64,000 bases of DNA from Pseudomonas aeruginosa PAO1 (GCF_000006765.1 NC_002516.2), one strand, 5' to 3'. Positions 40,329-52,529 are shown, numbered from the stretch's first letter. A program made the numbers and translations. The notes: generated by a model not told the origin, from the sequence alone.

Positions 40329-41327
40329 TCAGTGCTGCCGCAGGCGGGCCTCCAGCCAGTCGGGGATGCGTCGTTCCAGGTAGTAGGTGGGCTGGCGCGG
40401 AGAGCCGTCGACGAAGCCGACGTGACCGCCGCGGGCGTGCAGCTCCAGCTCGGTGCAGGGTGCCAGTTCGCTGCGATCGGGCAGGCTGCGGGCGAACACG
40501 AAGGGGTCGTCGCTGGAATGGATGATCAGGCTCGGCGTGCGGATGTCCGGCAGGTAGTAGCGGCTGGACGCGCGCCGATAGTAATCCCTGGCGTCGGCGA
40601 AGCCGTGCAGCGGCGCGGTGACCCGGCCGTCGAAGTCCCAGAAGGTGCGCATGCCCTCCAGCGGACCGAGGCGTTGCAGGGCGGCCAGGCCTTCCGCCTG
40701 GCCCTGCTCGCCGAACAGCCGCTGCTTGTCCTGCACGTAGGCCAGCATGGCCTTCATGAAGTGCGCCTGGTAGACCCGGGAAAAGCCCAGGCCGATGCGG
40801 TCGGCGCACTCGTCCAGGCGGAACGGCACCGACACCGCGACGCCGCCGAGCAGCGGGCAGTCCCCAGCGGTTTCGCCCAGGTACTTGAGCAGCACGTTGC
40901 CGCCCAGCGAATAGCCGACCGCGTACAGCGGCGCTTGCGGGCGCCTGGCGCGCAGGTGCGCGACCACCTCGGCGAGGTCGTCGCTGACCCCGGAATGGTA
41001 GCCGCGCGGCAGGCGGTTCGGCTCCCCCGAGCAACCGCGCCAGTTCAGCGCCACGCTGGCCCAGCCGCGCTCCAGCAGGGCGCGCTGCAGACCGAGGATG
41101 TAGTGCGACGAGGATGACCCGGTGAGGCCGTGCAGCGCCAGCACCAGCGGGGTCTCGGCATCGTGCGGGCCGGCCCAGTCGAGGTCGATGAAGTCGCCAT
41201 CGGCCAGCCACAGGCGTTCGCGCTGCCGTTCCAGGGTCGGCCCGCGGCGGAAGAACGGGCTCCACAGGGTCTGCAGGTGCGGATTGGGCAGCCACCAGGC
41301 GGGCTGGAAGGTCGGGGACGCGGTCAT
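40329..41327 (-). CDS. YheT-family alpha/beta hydrolase
   Basis: HGLTGSS, NWRGCSG, nucleophile GYSLGG, DDPFV, GGHVGF. Confidence 0.9.
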   Translation of the reverse strand: MTASPTFQPAWWLPNPHLQTLWSPFFRRGPTLERQRERLWLADGDFIDLDWAGPHDAETPLVLALHGLTGSSSSHYILGLQRALLERGWASVALNWRGCSGEPNRLPRGYHSGVSDDLAEVVAHLRARRPQAPLYAVGYSLGGNVLLKYLGETAGDCPLLGGVAVSVPFRLDECADRIGLGFSRVYQAHFMKAMLAYVQDKQRLFGEQGQAEGLAALQRLGPLEGMRTFWDFDGRVTAPLHGFADARDYYRRASSRYYLPDIRTPSLIIHSSDDPFVFARSLPDRSELAPCTELELHARGGHVGFVDGSPRQPTYYLERRIPDWLEARLRQH

Positions 41328-41363
41328 GCGCAGGTCATGGGCGGTGGTGGTGTGGCCACCAGC

Positions 41364-41930
41364 TTACCAGCCGAACTCGTCGGCGAGGTCCTCCGCCCGC
41401 TGGCGCGAACCGAGGATCGGTTGCAGTTCGTCGACGAGCTGCTGCCGATAGCGGGGCGCGACGCTGCAGTCGTCCAGCAGGATGTCCTCGCCGGCGCCGC
41501 TCCAGACCTCGCCGAAGCAGGCCAGGCTGGCCGCCATCTGCCACAGGTCGTCGAAGCACGGCGCCGGGTCCCAGCCCCTGCCGCCATGCAGGTCGAAGAG
41601 TATGCGCCCGCTGCCGGTCTCGAGGATGAACGGGTCGGCGCCCTGGTCGGCCACCACCAGCCAGTCGTCCTGCCAGCCCGACAGGCGCTCGCCGCTGATG
41701 CCGTGCCAGCGATAGCCGGCCTGGCGCTGCCAGAGGCGGGCCAGGGACGGCAGGAAAAATGGGTTGCCGGCACTCTCCAGGGTGCAGTCGAGTGGGCCGA
41801 CCTCGCGGTAGAAACGCTCCAGCTCGGCGGGCAGGGCGATATCGCCCTGTCAGTCGGCGGCGGGTTGCGCCGCGCAAGGCTCGCCAAGCGCCAGCAGGCG
41901 TTGGCGAATGCTCGCGGAAGCCGGGCTCAT
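41364..41930 (-). pseudogene. SMI1/KNR4 (SUKH)-like gene interrupted by an in-frame TGA at codon 27 (41850-41852)
   Basis: ATG 41930 lies 2 nt after the rsmD stop; the frame is open for 26 codons, then TGA, then 161 more sense codons to TAA. The track shows two fragments in the same frame. Confidence 0.8.
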
Positions 41931-41932
41931 CC

Positions 41933-42529
41933 TCAGGCTCCCCGCTGCCAGAGCGCGTAATGTACGTTGCCGGCTTTCTTTTCCCGGTGCAGCCGCCAGT
42001 TTCCGGGCAGGCCGAGGGACGAGGGGACGCTCTCGCTCTCGGTATAGATCCAGGCGTCGGGGTTCAGCCAGCCGCGGGTTTCGAGCAGGCGGCAGGCGTC
42101 CTGCAGCAGGTTCTGATGGAACGGCGGGTCGAGGAACACCAGGTCGAAGGCGCTCGGAGCCTGGTTTCCCAGGTAGCGCACGGCATCGCCGAGGACCAGT
42201 TGGGCGGTGCCGCACTTGAGCGCGTCGAGGTGGTTGCGCAGGGCCGCCACCGCTTCGCCGTTGGTATCCAGGGCCAGCCCTTCGCGGGCGCCGCGCGACA
42301 ACGCCTCGAGGAACAGCGCGCCGCTGCCGGCGAAGGGATCGAGCACCCGTGCGCCTTCGACATAGGGTGCCAGCCAGTTGAACAGGGTCTCGCGGACCCG
42401 GTCCGGGGTCGGTCGCAGGCCGGGCCCGTCGGGAAAGACGAAACGCCGGCTGCGCCATTCGCCACCGATGATCCGCAGCTGTCCCTGGCCGCCGTGGCGG
42501 CCGGGGGCTTTCGCAGTAGGTTTGCTCAT
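41933..42529 (-). CDS. rsmD: 16S rRNA m2G966 methyltransferase
   Basis: LRIIGGEWRSRR, RPTPDRVRETLFNW, LDPFAGSG, FLDPPF. Confidence 0.96.
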   Translation of the reverse strand: MSKPTAKAPGRHGGQGQLRIIGGEWRSRRFVFPDGPGLRPTPDRVRETLFNWLAPYVEGARVLDPFAGSGALFLEALSRGAREGLALDTNGEAVAALRNHLDALKCGTAQLVLGDAVRYLGNQAPSAFDLVFLDPPFHQNLLQDACRLLETRGWLNPDAWIYTESESVPSSLGLPGNWRLHREKKAGNVHYALWQRGA

Positions 42530-44016
42530 CAATGCTCCGGAACGCCGCTGGGTTGCTGGGCCGGCTTGGCGGTGGGTGGCGGCAGGGGTTTCTGCGGCAC
42601 GCTCGGGCCGGCGCTGACGATGACGAAGGCGTCGGCGTCCAGGTGCTTGGCCATGGCGGTCCTGACCTGTTCGACGCTGAGTCCCTCGACCTGCTTGAGG
42701 AAGCTTTCCAGGTAGTCCAGCGGCAGGCCGTAGAAACCGATGGCGCCGAGCTGGCCGACGATGTCGGCGTTGCTCGCGGTGGACAGCGGGAAGCTGCCGG
42801 CCAGTTCGCGCTTGGCGTCGTCCAGTTCCTTCTGGGTCGGGCCGTTGGCCAGGTAGTCGCGGACGATGTCCTGGACCAGCTTCAGCGCCCCCTCGCTGAG
42901 TTCGGCGCGGGTCTGGAAGTTGATCATGAACGGACCGCGTGCCTGCATGGCGGTGAAGCCGGAATAGATGCCGTAGGTCAGGCCGCGCTTTTCTCGCACC
43001 TGGTCCATCAGGCGGGTGCCGAAGCCGCCGCCGCCGAGGATCTGGTTGCCCAGGTAGAGCGCCGCGTAGTCGGGATCCTGGCGGTCGATGCCAAGCTGGG
43101 CGAGCATCAGGTGGGTCTGCTCGGAGGGGAAGTCGATGTGCGTCAGGCCGGGCTTGGGCGTTTCCGGCTGGACGGTCTTGGCCAGCGCCGGGCCCTGGGG
43201 CAGCGCCTTGGAGACTTCCGCGGCGATCGCTTCGGCCTCCTGCCGCGAGAGGTCGCCGACCAGCGCGATGACCACGTTGCCGGCGGCGTAGGCCTTCTTG
43301 TGGAACGCCTGCAATTGTTCGCGGCTGATCGTTGGAACGGACTTTTCGTCGCCGTCGCTGGAGTGCGCGTAGGGATGCTCGCCATAGAGGCGCTTGAACA
43401 GCTCCAGGCCGGCCAGCTTGCCGGGGTTCTGCTTCTGGTACTCGAAACCGGCCAGGACCTGGTTCTTGATGCGTGCCAGAGCGTCCTCGGGGAAGGTCGG
43501 CTGGCCGATCACCTGTTCGAACAGCTTCAGCGCCTGGGTCCGCTTGTCGGCCTCGGACAGGCTGCGCAGGCCGGCCACCGCCATGTCGCGGTAGGAGCCG
43601 TTGCTGAACGAGGCGCCGAGGTCCTCGAAGCCGGCGGCGATGGCAGTGGTGTCCTTGCCCGGCACGCCTTCGTTGAGCATGGCGTTGGTCAGCATCGACA
43701 GGCCGGGGGTGCCGGCGTCCTGGCTGCTGCCGGCGGCGAAGGTCAGGCGCAGGTCGAACATCGGCAGTTCATGGGCTTCGACGAACAGTACCTTGGCACC
43801 TTCGGCGGTCTTCCATTCCTGGATGTCCAGCTTGCGATGGACCGGCGCCTGCTTGGCGACGTCCTTCAGCGACTGCAACTGGTTTTCCTCGACCGCCGCG
43901 GCATGGGCCGCTGCCGGGGTCTGGGGGGGACGCGCGACGAAATAGGCCAGCGCGGCCAGCAACGCGATGACGATCAGGCCGAGCAGGCCATAACGCAGCC
44001 CTGTGCGCTCACTCAT
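42529..44016 (-). CDS. M16 peptidase-like protein lacking the zinc motif, with N-terminal membrane anchor
   Basis: M16 fold motifs but no HXXEH; has VREKRGLTYG. Confidence 0.85.
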   Translation of the reverse strand: MSERTGLRYGLLGLIVIALLAALAYFVARPPQTPAAAHAAAVEENQLQSLKDVAKQAPVHRKLDIQEWKTAEGAKVLFVEAHELPMFDLRLTFAAGSSQDAGTPGLSMLTNAMLNEGVPGKDTTAIAAGFEDLGASFSNGSYRDMAVAGLRSLSEADKRTQALKLFEQVIGQPTFPEDALARIKNQVLAGFEYQKQNPGKLAGLELFKRLYGEHPYAHSSDGDEKSVPTISREQLQAFHKKAYAAGNVVIALVGDLSRQEAEAIAAEVSKALPQGPALAKTVQPETPKPGLTHIDFPSEQTHLMLAQLGIDRQDPDYAALYLGNQILGGGGFGTRLMDQVREKRGLTYGIYSGFTAMQARGPFMINFQTRAELSEGALKLVQDIVRDYLANGPTQKELDDAKRELAGSFPLSTASNADIVGQLGAIGFYGLPLDYLESFLKQVEGLSVEQVRTAMAKHLDADAFVIVSAGPSVPQKPLPPPTAKPAQQPSGVPEH

Positions 44017-45379
44017 GACGGGCCTCCTTTTCCTCGGCCTTCACAGGCAGCACTTGCGCCAGGGTCAGGCGCGACGGGGTGAAATAGGTGCGGGCGGCTT
44101 TCTGGATATCGTCCGGAGTCACTGCCTTGAGGGCCTCCAGGTCCTGGTCGATCAGCTTCCAGGACAGGCCGACGCTTTCCAACTGGCCGATGCTGCTGGC
44201 CTGGGCGGCGATGGAGTCCTTCTCGTAGACCATCCCGGCGATCATCTGCGCGCGCACGCGCTCGATCTCCGCGGCGCTGGGCGGGTTCTGCTTGAGGTCA
44301 TCGAGCTGCTTCCACAGACCGGCCTCGACCTGCTCGAGGGTCTTGCCCTTCTGCACGTTCGGCGTGGCCGAGAGGACGAACAGGCTGTCGCCGCGGTTGA
44401 ACGCGTCATAGTAGGTGGAGGCGCCGGCGACCAGCTCCTCGCCGCGCTCCAGGCGCGAGGCCAGGCGGGCGCTGTAGCCGCCATCGAGCAGCGCGCCGAT
44501 CAGGCGCAGGGCGTTGACTTCGCGAGGGTTCTCGCTGCTGCCCAGGCTGGGCACGTTGAAGCCCATGATCAGGTTCGGCAGCTGGGTGCGTACGTACAGC
44601 TTGAGCCGGCGCTCGCCGGGCTCGGCCAGTTCCAGCGGCTTGCGCGCCGGCGGCAGCTGGCGCCAGGGGATCTCGCCGAAGTAGCGCTTGGCGAGGGTCT
44701 TGACCTCGTCGGCGGTGACGTCGCCGACCACTACCAGGGTGGCGTTGTTCGGCGCGTACCAGGATTCGTACCAGTGGCGCAGGTCGTCGATGGTCATGCG
44801 CTGCAGGTCGGCCATCCAGCCGATGGTCGGGGTGTGGTAGCCGCTGGCCGGGTAGGCGGCGGCCTTGAAGCGCTCGAAGGCGAGGGCGTTGGGATTGTCG
44901 TCGGTGCGCAGGCGGCGCTCCTCCTTGATCACCTCGATCTCGCTCTTGAACTGGTCGACCGGCAGGCTCAGGTGGGCCATGCGGTCGGCTTCCATCTCCA
45001 GCGCTACCGGCAGGCGGTCGCGGGCCAGGACCTGGTAATAGGCGGTGTAGTCGTCGGTGGTGAAGGCGTTCTCTTCCGCACCCAGGTCGCGCAGCACCCG
45101 CGAGGCTTCGCCCGGGCCGAGCTTGCGGCTGCCCTTGAACATCATGTGTTCGAGGGCGTGGGACAGGCCGGTGAGCCCGGGTGTCTCGTAGCTGGAGCCG
45201 ATCCTGTACCAGAGCTGGGAAACCACCACCGGGGCGCGGTGGTCTTCACGCACTATGACCTTCAGGCCGTTGTCGAGGCTGAACTCGTGGGTGGGCTGGG
45301 TTTCCGCCGCCTGGGCGAAAAGCGGGAGACAAAGGCTGGCTAGGAGCAGGCCGACGCGGCGGCGAGCTGGGGTTTTCAT
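44009..45379 (-). CDS. M16 zinc peptidase, catalytic subunit, exported
   Basis: Inverted zincin motif HALEH, NAFT, ERRLRTDD; signal peptide after ATG 45379. GTG 45406 is an alternative start. Confidence 0.9.
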   Translation of the reverse strand: MKTPARRRVGLLLASLCLPLFAQAAETQPTHEFSLDNGLKVIVREDHRAPVVVSQLWYRIGSSYETPGLTGLSHALEHMMFKGSRKLGPGEASRVLRDLGAEENAFTTDDYTAYYQVLARDRLPVALEMEADRMAHLSLPVDQFKSEIEVIKEERRLRTDDNPNALAFERFKAAAYPASGYHTPTIGWMADLQRMTIDDLRHWYESWYAPNNATLVVVGDVTADEVKTLAKRYFGEIPWRQLPPARKPLELAEPGERRLKLYVRTQLPNLIMGFNVPSLGSSENPREVNALRLIGALLDGGYSARLASRLERGEELVAGASTYYDAFNRGDSLFVLSATPNVQKGKTLEQVEAGLWKQLDDLKQNPPSAAEIERVRAQMIAGMVYEKDSIAAQASSIGQLESVGLSWKLIDQDLEALKAVTPDDIQKAARTYFTPSRLTLAQVLPVKAEEKEARHE

Positions 45380-45526
45380 GGTGATCTGGACCTTTCGTGC
45401 CGCCACCGGGGTCTCAGGTCACTGCGGGGCAGGACCCTTAGCCCCGTCGGGCGAGGAGATGCTAGGATACCCATCCGTTTTCCGGGCGGCCACGTCCCGT
45501 GCCGCTCCCTTGAGATACAAGCATTC

Positions 45527-46890
<1,364 letters not shown>

Positions 46891-46894
<4 letters not shown>

Positions 46895-47562
46895 TCCGCT
46901 TCGAGCAGGTCGGCAAACGCTATCCCAACGGCCACGTAGGCCTGCACGAGGTGTCCTTCCGCGTGCACCGTGGCGAGATTCTCTTCGTCACCGGCCACTC
47001 CGGCGCCGGCAAGAGCACCCTGCTGCGCCTCATCCTGGCGATGGAGCGACCGACCAGCGGCAAGCTGTTGCTCGGCGGCCAGGACCTGGGGCGCATCACT
47101 ACCGCGCAGATCCCTTTCCTGCGCCGGCAGATCGGCGTGGTGTTCCAGAACCACCAACTGCTCACCGATCGTACGGTGGCGGACAACATCGCCCTGCCGC
47201 TGCAGATCCTCGGCATGCCCAAGCCGGAGATCGCCAAGCGCGTGGCCTCGGCCCTGGAGCGGGTGAACCTGAAGGAAAAGGGCGAGGCGTTGCCTTCCGA
47301 CCTTTCCACCGGCCAGCAGCAGCGGGTCGGCATTGCCCGCGCCATCGTCCACCAGCCGGCCCTGCTGCTGGCGGACGAACCCACCGGCAACCTCGACCCG
47401 CGACTCGCCTCGGAAATCATGGGCGTGTTCGAGGATATCAATCGCCTGGGCACCACCGTACTGATCGCCAGCCACGACCTGGCCCTGATCGCCCGTATGC
47501 GCCATCGCATGCTGACCCTGCAGCGTGGCCGGATCATCGCTGACCGTGAGGATGAGGCCTGA
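46891..47562 (+). CDS. ftsE: Cell-division ABC ATPase
   Basis: GHSGAGKST, LSTGQQQRV, LLADEPTGNLD; in operon with ftsY and ftsX. Confidence 0.97.
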
Positions 47563-48569
47563 TGAGCGCCAACGATCTTCCCCGTGGCCCCGAAGAGGGC
47601 GCACCGGAACGCAAGACCCGCGAGAAACCGAGCCAGGAGCAGACCGACTGGAGCGGCTCGTTCAGCGCCTACCTGGAAAGCCATCGCGCCAGCCTGGTGG
47701 ACAGCCTGCGCCGGTTGTTCGGCCACCCGTTCGGCAGCTTCTTCACCTGCCTGGTGATGGGTATCACCCTGAGCCTGCCGATGGGCCTCTCGCTGCTGCT
47801 GAACAATGTCGAACGGCTCGGCGGCTCCTGGCAGCGGGCGGCGCAGATATCCCTGTTCCTCGACCTGAAGACCAGCGAAAATCAGGGCCAGGACCTGCGC
47901 GAGCAGATCGAGCGCCTGCCGGACGTGATCGAGGCCCAATTGATCAGCCGCGAGCAGGCGCTCAGCGAATTGCAGGAACAGTCCGGCCTGGGCGAAGCGC
48001 TCAAGGAGCTGCCGGAGAACCCGCTGCCGCCGGTGATCTCGGTCACGCCCAAGCAGATCGACCGGGCTGGCCTGGAGGCACTGCGCCAGCAGCTCGCGGA
48101 GCTGCCTCATGTGCAGCAGGCGCAGCTCGACCTGGTATGGGTCGAGCGCCTGAGCGCGATCCTCAAGCTCGGCGAACGCTTCGTCTTCGGCCTGACCATC
48201 CTGCTGGTGCTGACCCTCTTGCTGGTGGTGGGCAACACCATCCGCCTGCACATCGAAAATCGCCGTAACGAAATCGAGGTGATCAAGCTGGTCGGCGGGA
48301 CGGACGGTTACGTGCGCCGGCCATTCCTGTACATGGGCGCGTTGTACGGCCTGGGCGCGGGCATCCTGTCCTGGGCGCTGCTGGCCTATTCGCTGAACTG
48401 GCTGAACGGTTCGGTGGTCAACCTTTCAGGGCTGTACGGCAGCGACTTCGGCTTGCAGGGCGTGCCGCTGGACGACGGCCTGTCGCTGACCGTTGGCGCG
48501 GTGCTGCTTGGCTGGGTCGGCGCCTGGCTGGCCGTGGCCCGCCACCTGCGCGAGCTGGCGCCGCGCTGA
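47562..48569 (+). CDS. ftsX: Cell-division permease-like protein
   Basis: Four TM segments with a large periplasmic loop, NPLP motif, EIEVIKLVGGT. Confidence 0.96.
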   Translation: MSANDLPRGPEEGAPERKTREKPSQEQTDWSGSFSAYLESHRASLVDSLRRLFGHPFGSFFTCLVMGITLSLPMGLSLLLNNVERLGGSWQRAAQISLFLDLKTSENQGQDLREQIERLPDVIEAQLISREQALSELQEQSGLGEALKELPENPLPPVISVTPKQIDRAGLEALRQQLAELPHVQQAQLDLVWVERLSAILKLGERFVFGLTILLVLTLLLVVGNTIRLHIENRRNEIEVIKLVGGTDGYVRRPFLYMGALYGLGAGILSWALLAYSLNWLNGSVVNLSGLYGSDFGLQGVPLDDGLSLTVGAVLLGWVGAWLAVARHLRELAPR

Positions 48570-48609
48570 GGACAGGCGGATCACGACCGGCCAGCGGGTC
48601 GCTGTAAAG

Positions 48610-48653
48610 GAACTTATACACCCGCTTGCAGTCAGATATCCGAGTGCTACACT
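48610..48653 (+). promoter_or_regulatory. Overlapping AlgU/sigmaE and sigma70 promoters of rpoH
   Basis: GAACTT(48610)-N16-TCAGA(48632); TTGCAG(48626)-N16-TACACT(48648). SigmaE control of rpoH is established in gammaproteobacteria. Confidence 0.75.
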
Positions 48654-48682
48654 GCGCGAGTTTCGTGAATCGGAGGATTCGC

Positions 48683-49537
<855 letters not shown>

Positions 49538-49552
49538 TCGCCGCGCCTCGCG

Positions 49553-49584
49553 AAAACCGCACCCCGCAAGGGTGCGGTTTTTTT
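49553..49584 (+). terminator. Intrinsic terminator after rpoH
   Basis: AAAACCGCACCC-cgcaa-GGGTGCGGTTTTTTT. Confidence 0.92.
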
Positions 49585-49601
49585 CTGCCCGGAGGAATCC
49601 C

Positions 49602-50207
49602 ATGCCGCGCAATACCCGCTGGCTGTTCTACCTGTCGCTGGCGGTCCTGACCTTCGTCGTCGGCGCCTGGCTGGTCCGTACGCCGGAACCGGCGCGACCG
49701 TTGCCGTGGCTGGCCGACTGGCAGGAGCAGGTGCTGGCGCCGTTGGCGGACAACGCCTTGACCCTGCGCCAGCTGCACGACGCGGTGGATGGCGAGTTGT
49801 GGGTGGACCCGCGCCTGGATGGCGTGCGCCTGGCCTTCCGTGGCCGCCTGCTGGGCGACGGCGGCCCCTGGCAGGTGGAAGGCGAGCTGGGCCTGAGCGC
49901 CGAGGAGCAACTGAGCCTGCAGCGGGCATCTGCGTTGCAGCCTGGCAGCGCGCCGCAGCCATTGAGCGCCGGATTGGAAGGACAGTTGGGCGACAAGCCG
50001 ATCGTGGCGCTGAGCATGATTCCCGAAGGCAGGGTCGGTGCCGAGCGGCTGCTGGCCAGTCTCGGCCAGCCGCGCCTGCGCCTGCAACTGGCCCAGGGCG
50101 AGGCCTGGGTCTATCCGCAACTGGGCCTGACCGCGCACCTGCCGGACGACGACTTGCGACTGATGCTCGCGGTGCCGCGCCAGGCCCTGGAAAAACCGCC
50201 GCGTTGA
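49602..50207 (+). CDS. Hypothetical membrane-anchored protein (201 aa)
   Basis: GGAGG RBS before ATG 49602; N-terminal TM helix; no family recognised. Confidence 0.7.
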   Translation: MPRNTRWLFYLSLAVLTFVVGAWLVRTPEPARPLPWLADWQEQVLAPLADNALTLRQLHDAVDGELWVDPRLDGVRLAFRGRLLGDGGPWQVEGELGLSAEEQLSLQRASALQPGSAPQPLSAGLEGQLGDKPIVALSMIPEGRVGAERLLASLGQPRLRLQLAQGEAWVYPQLGLTAHLPDDDLRLMLAVPRQALEKPPR

Positions 50208-50211
50208 GCTT

Positions 50212-50910
50212 TCAGCGCTCCAGGCGCAGCAGGTAGTCGTCGCCGCCCAACTGCCACATCTGCTGGCGAATCCAGGCCGCGCGCTGGCGTACGTAGGGGC
50301 CCGGCCTGGCCGCGCTCCATTTCAGCGGGCTGGGCAGCACCGCGGCGAGCTGGCTGGCCTGGGTGCGGCTCAGGCGCTCGGCGTCGAGGCCGAAGTGATA
50401 GCGTGCCGCAGCCTGCGCGCCGAAGACGCCCGGGCCCCATTCGGCGCTGTTCAGGTAGACCTCGAGAATCCGTTGCTTGGTCCAGAGCGTCTCGATCAGC
50501 AGGGTGAACCAGGCCTCCAGGCCCTTGCGCAGCCAACTGCGCCCGGACCAGAGGAAGACGTTCTTCGCCACCTGCTGGCTGAGCGTACTGGCGCCGCGGA
50601 TACTGCCGCCGCGCTCGTTGTGCGCGAGGGCCTGCTGGATGGCCGGCAGGTCGAAGCCGTGGTGCTCGGCGAAGTGCTGGTCCTCGCCGGCGATCACCGC
50701 GACCTTCAGGCTGTCCGGCAACTGCTCCCAGGAGCGCCAGTCGCGCTGCAGGTCGATGGGCTGGCCGTCGACCCAGGAGCCGACCTTGCGTTCGACCATG
50801 ACCATGGTCCCCGGTGGCGGCACCCAGCGCAGGACCGCGACCAGCACGACGCTGGCGGCCATGAACCAGAGCAGGTACTTGAACAGGCGGCGGAACAGGG
50901 ATCGCAACAT
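50212..50910 (-). CDS. mtgA: Monofunctional peptidoglycan transglycosylase
   Basis: EDQHFAEHHGFD, RGASTLSQQVAKN, KQRILEVYLN. Confidence 0.95.
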   Translation of the reverse strand: MLRSLFRRLFKYLLWFMAASVVLVAVLRWVPPPGTMVMVERKVGSWVDGQPIDLQRDWRSWEQLPDSLKVAVIAGEDQHFAEHHGFDLPAIQQALAHNERGGSIRGASTLSQQVAKNVFLWSGRSWLRKGLEAWFTLLIETLWTKQRILEVYLNSAEWGPGVFGAQAAARYHFGLDAERLSRTQASQLAAVLPSPLKWSAARPGPYVRQRAAWIRQQMWQLGGDDYLLRLER

Positions 50911-50979
50911 GCGCGGCTTGGCTTGGAAGAAGGGGGCGGCCATTATAGCGGGCTGGATGCTATCACCGGAGTCTTGTCC

Positions 50980-51357
50980 ATGCTTCGTCCCTTCCTGTTG
51001 TTGGCGGCATTTTTCGGTTTCACCGGCGTGGCCCTCGGGGCGTTCGCCGCCCACGGCCTGAAGAAGCAGCTGAGCGCCGAGTACCTGGCGGTATTCCAGA
51101 CCGGCGTGCACTACCAGTTGATCCATGCCCTGGCGCTGTTCGGCGTGGCGCTGCTCGCCACCCGCCTGGACGGCCGCCTGGTGAGCGCGGCGGGTGGCCT
51201 GTTCACGCTGGGCATCCTGCTGTTCTCCGGCAGCCTCTACCTGCTGACCCTAAGTGGCATCGGCAAGCTCGGCATCGTCACCCCGTTCGGCGGCGTCTCC
51301 TTCCTCGCCGGCTGGCTGTGCCTGGGGCTGGCCGCCTGGCGCCTGGGCAACGCCTGA
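50980..51357 (+). CDS. DUF423 (YgdD/TMEM256) small membrane protein
   Basis: GAFAAHGL, YQLIHAL, LFSGSLY, TPFGG. Confidence 0.9.
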   Translation: MLRPFLLLAAFFGFTGVALGAFAAHGLKKQLSAEYLAVFQTGVHYQLIHALALFGVALLATRLDGRLVSAAGGLFTLGILLFSGSLYLLTLSGIGKLGIVTPFGGVSFLAGWLCLGLAAWRLGNA

Positions 51358-51397
51358 GACCGGTTGCCTCAGGCGGCGCACTTGTCGACAAGGCGCC

Positions 51398-51426
51398 TTG
51401 GTCATCGGGGTGGATCGGGCTAGAAT
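51398..51426 (+). promoter_or_regulatory. Sigma70-like promoter for thiS-thiG
   Basis: TTGGTC-N17-TAGAAT ending 33 nt before the thiS ATG. Confidence 0.5.
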
Positions 51427-51459
51427 GCCGCTCCCTTTCACTTTCGTGACCGTCCAGCC

Positions 51460-51660
51460 ATGCAGATTCAACTGAACGGCGAGCCCTTCGAGCTGCCCGA
51501 CGCGCAGAGCGTCGCGGACCTGCTGGCCCGCTTGGAGCTTGGCGGCCGCCGCGTGGCCGTCGAGCTGAACCTGGATATCGTGCCGCGCAGCCAGCACGCC
51601 AGCACCGCGCTCAAGGATGGCGACCGCGTGGAGATCGTCCACGCCATCGGCGGCGGCTAG
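51460..51660 (+). CDS. thiS: Sulfur carrier protein
   Basis: 66-aa ubiquitin-like protein ending IGGG. Confidence 0.96.
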   Translation: MQIQLNGEPFELPDAQSVADLLARLELGGRRVAVELNLDIVPRSQHASTALKDGDRVEIVHAIGGG

Positions 51661-51718
51661 GCCTGGCCCCCGAACCCTTCCATCGGCCCCGCAAGCCTTT
51701 CCATCCAGGAGTCATCCG

Positions 51719-52516
51719 ATGAGCCAAGCATCCAGTACCGATACCCCCTTCGTCATCGCCGGCCGTACCTATGGCTCGCGCCTGCTGGTGGGGACCGGCA
51801 AGTACAAGGACCTCGACGAGACCCGCCGGGCCATCGAGGCCTCCGGAGCGGAGATCGTCACGGTGGCGGTGCGGCGCACCAACATCGGGCAGAATCCCGA
51901 CGAGCCGAACCTGCTGGATGTGATCCCGCCGGATCGCTACACCATCCTGCCGAACACCGCCGGCTGCTATGACGCGGTCGAGGCCGTGCGCACCTGCCGC
52001 CTGGCCCGCGAGCTGCTGGACGGGCACAACCTGGTCAAGCTGGAAGTCCTCGCCGACCAGAAGACCCTGTTCCCCAACGTCGTCGAGACCCTCAAGGCCG
52101 CCGAGCAACTGGTGAAGGACGGCTTCGACGTGATGGTGTACACCAGCGACGACCCGATCATCGCCCGCCAACTGGCCGAGATCGGCTGCATCGCGGTGAT
52201 GCCGCTGGCCGGCCTGATCGGCTCCGGCCTGGGCATCTGCAACCCCTACAACCTGCGCATCATCCTCGAGGAAGCCAAGGTCCCGGTGCTGGTAGACGCC
52301 GGCGTGGGCACCGCTTCCGATGCAGCGATCGCCATGGAGCTGGGTTGCGAGGCGGTGCTGATGAACACCGCCATCGCCCATGCCAAGGACCCGGTGATGA
52401 TGGCCGAGGCCATGAAGCACGCGATCGTCGCCGGTCGTCTCGCCTACCTGGCCGGACGCATGCCGCGCAAGCTGTATGCCAGCGCCTCGTCGCCGCTGGA
52501 CGGCCTGATCGACTGA
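51719..52516 (+). CDS. thiG: Thiazole synthase
   Basis: [35 protein letters not shown]; start at ATG 51719. Confidence 0.97.
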   Translation: MSQASSTDTPFVIAGRTYGSRLLVGTGKYKDLDETRRAIEASGAEIVTVAVRRTNIGQNPDEPNLLDVIPPDRYTILPNTAGCYDAVEAVRTCRLARELLDGHNLVKLEVLADQKTLFPNVVETLKAAEQLVKDGFDVMVYTSDDPIIARQLAEIGCIAVMPLAGLIGSGLGICNPYNLRIILEEAKVPVLVDAGVGTASDAAIAMELGCEAVLMNTAIAHAKDPVMMAEAMKHAIVAGRLAYLAGRMPRKLYASASSPLDGLID

Positions 52517-52529
52517 TACCGACTACCTG

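Noticed and set aside
39856-41295. 479-aa ORF suggesting a hydrolase-GNAT fusion or frameshift
   Set aside because: The upstream part is an Arg/Pro/Gly-rich alternative frame of the YheT gene. Only the last 136 aa look like protein, and they have their own RBS and ATG.
41832-41852. Selenocysteine recoding of the internal UGA
   Set aside because: The stem starts immediately after UGA rather than about 11 nt downstream, lacks the bulged-U/GU-loop features of a bacterial SECIS, and the position looks like Trp in a non-redox protein.
51358-51459. TPP riboswitch upstream of thiS-thiG
   Set aside because: No CTGAGA-type core in a suitable structure, and the likely promoter ends only 33 nt before the ATG, leaving no room.
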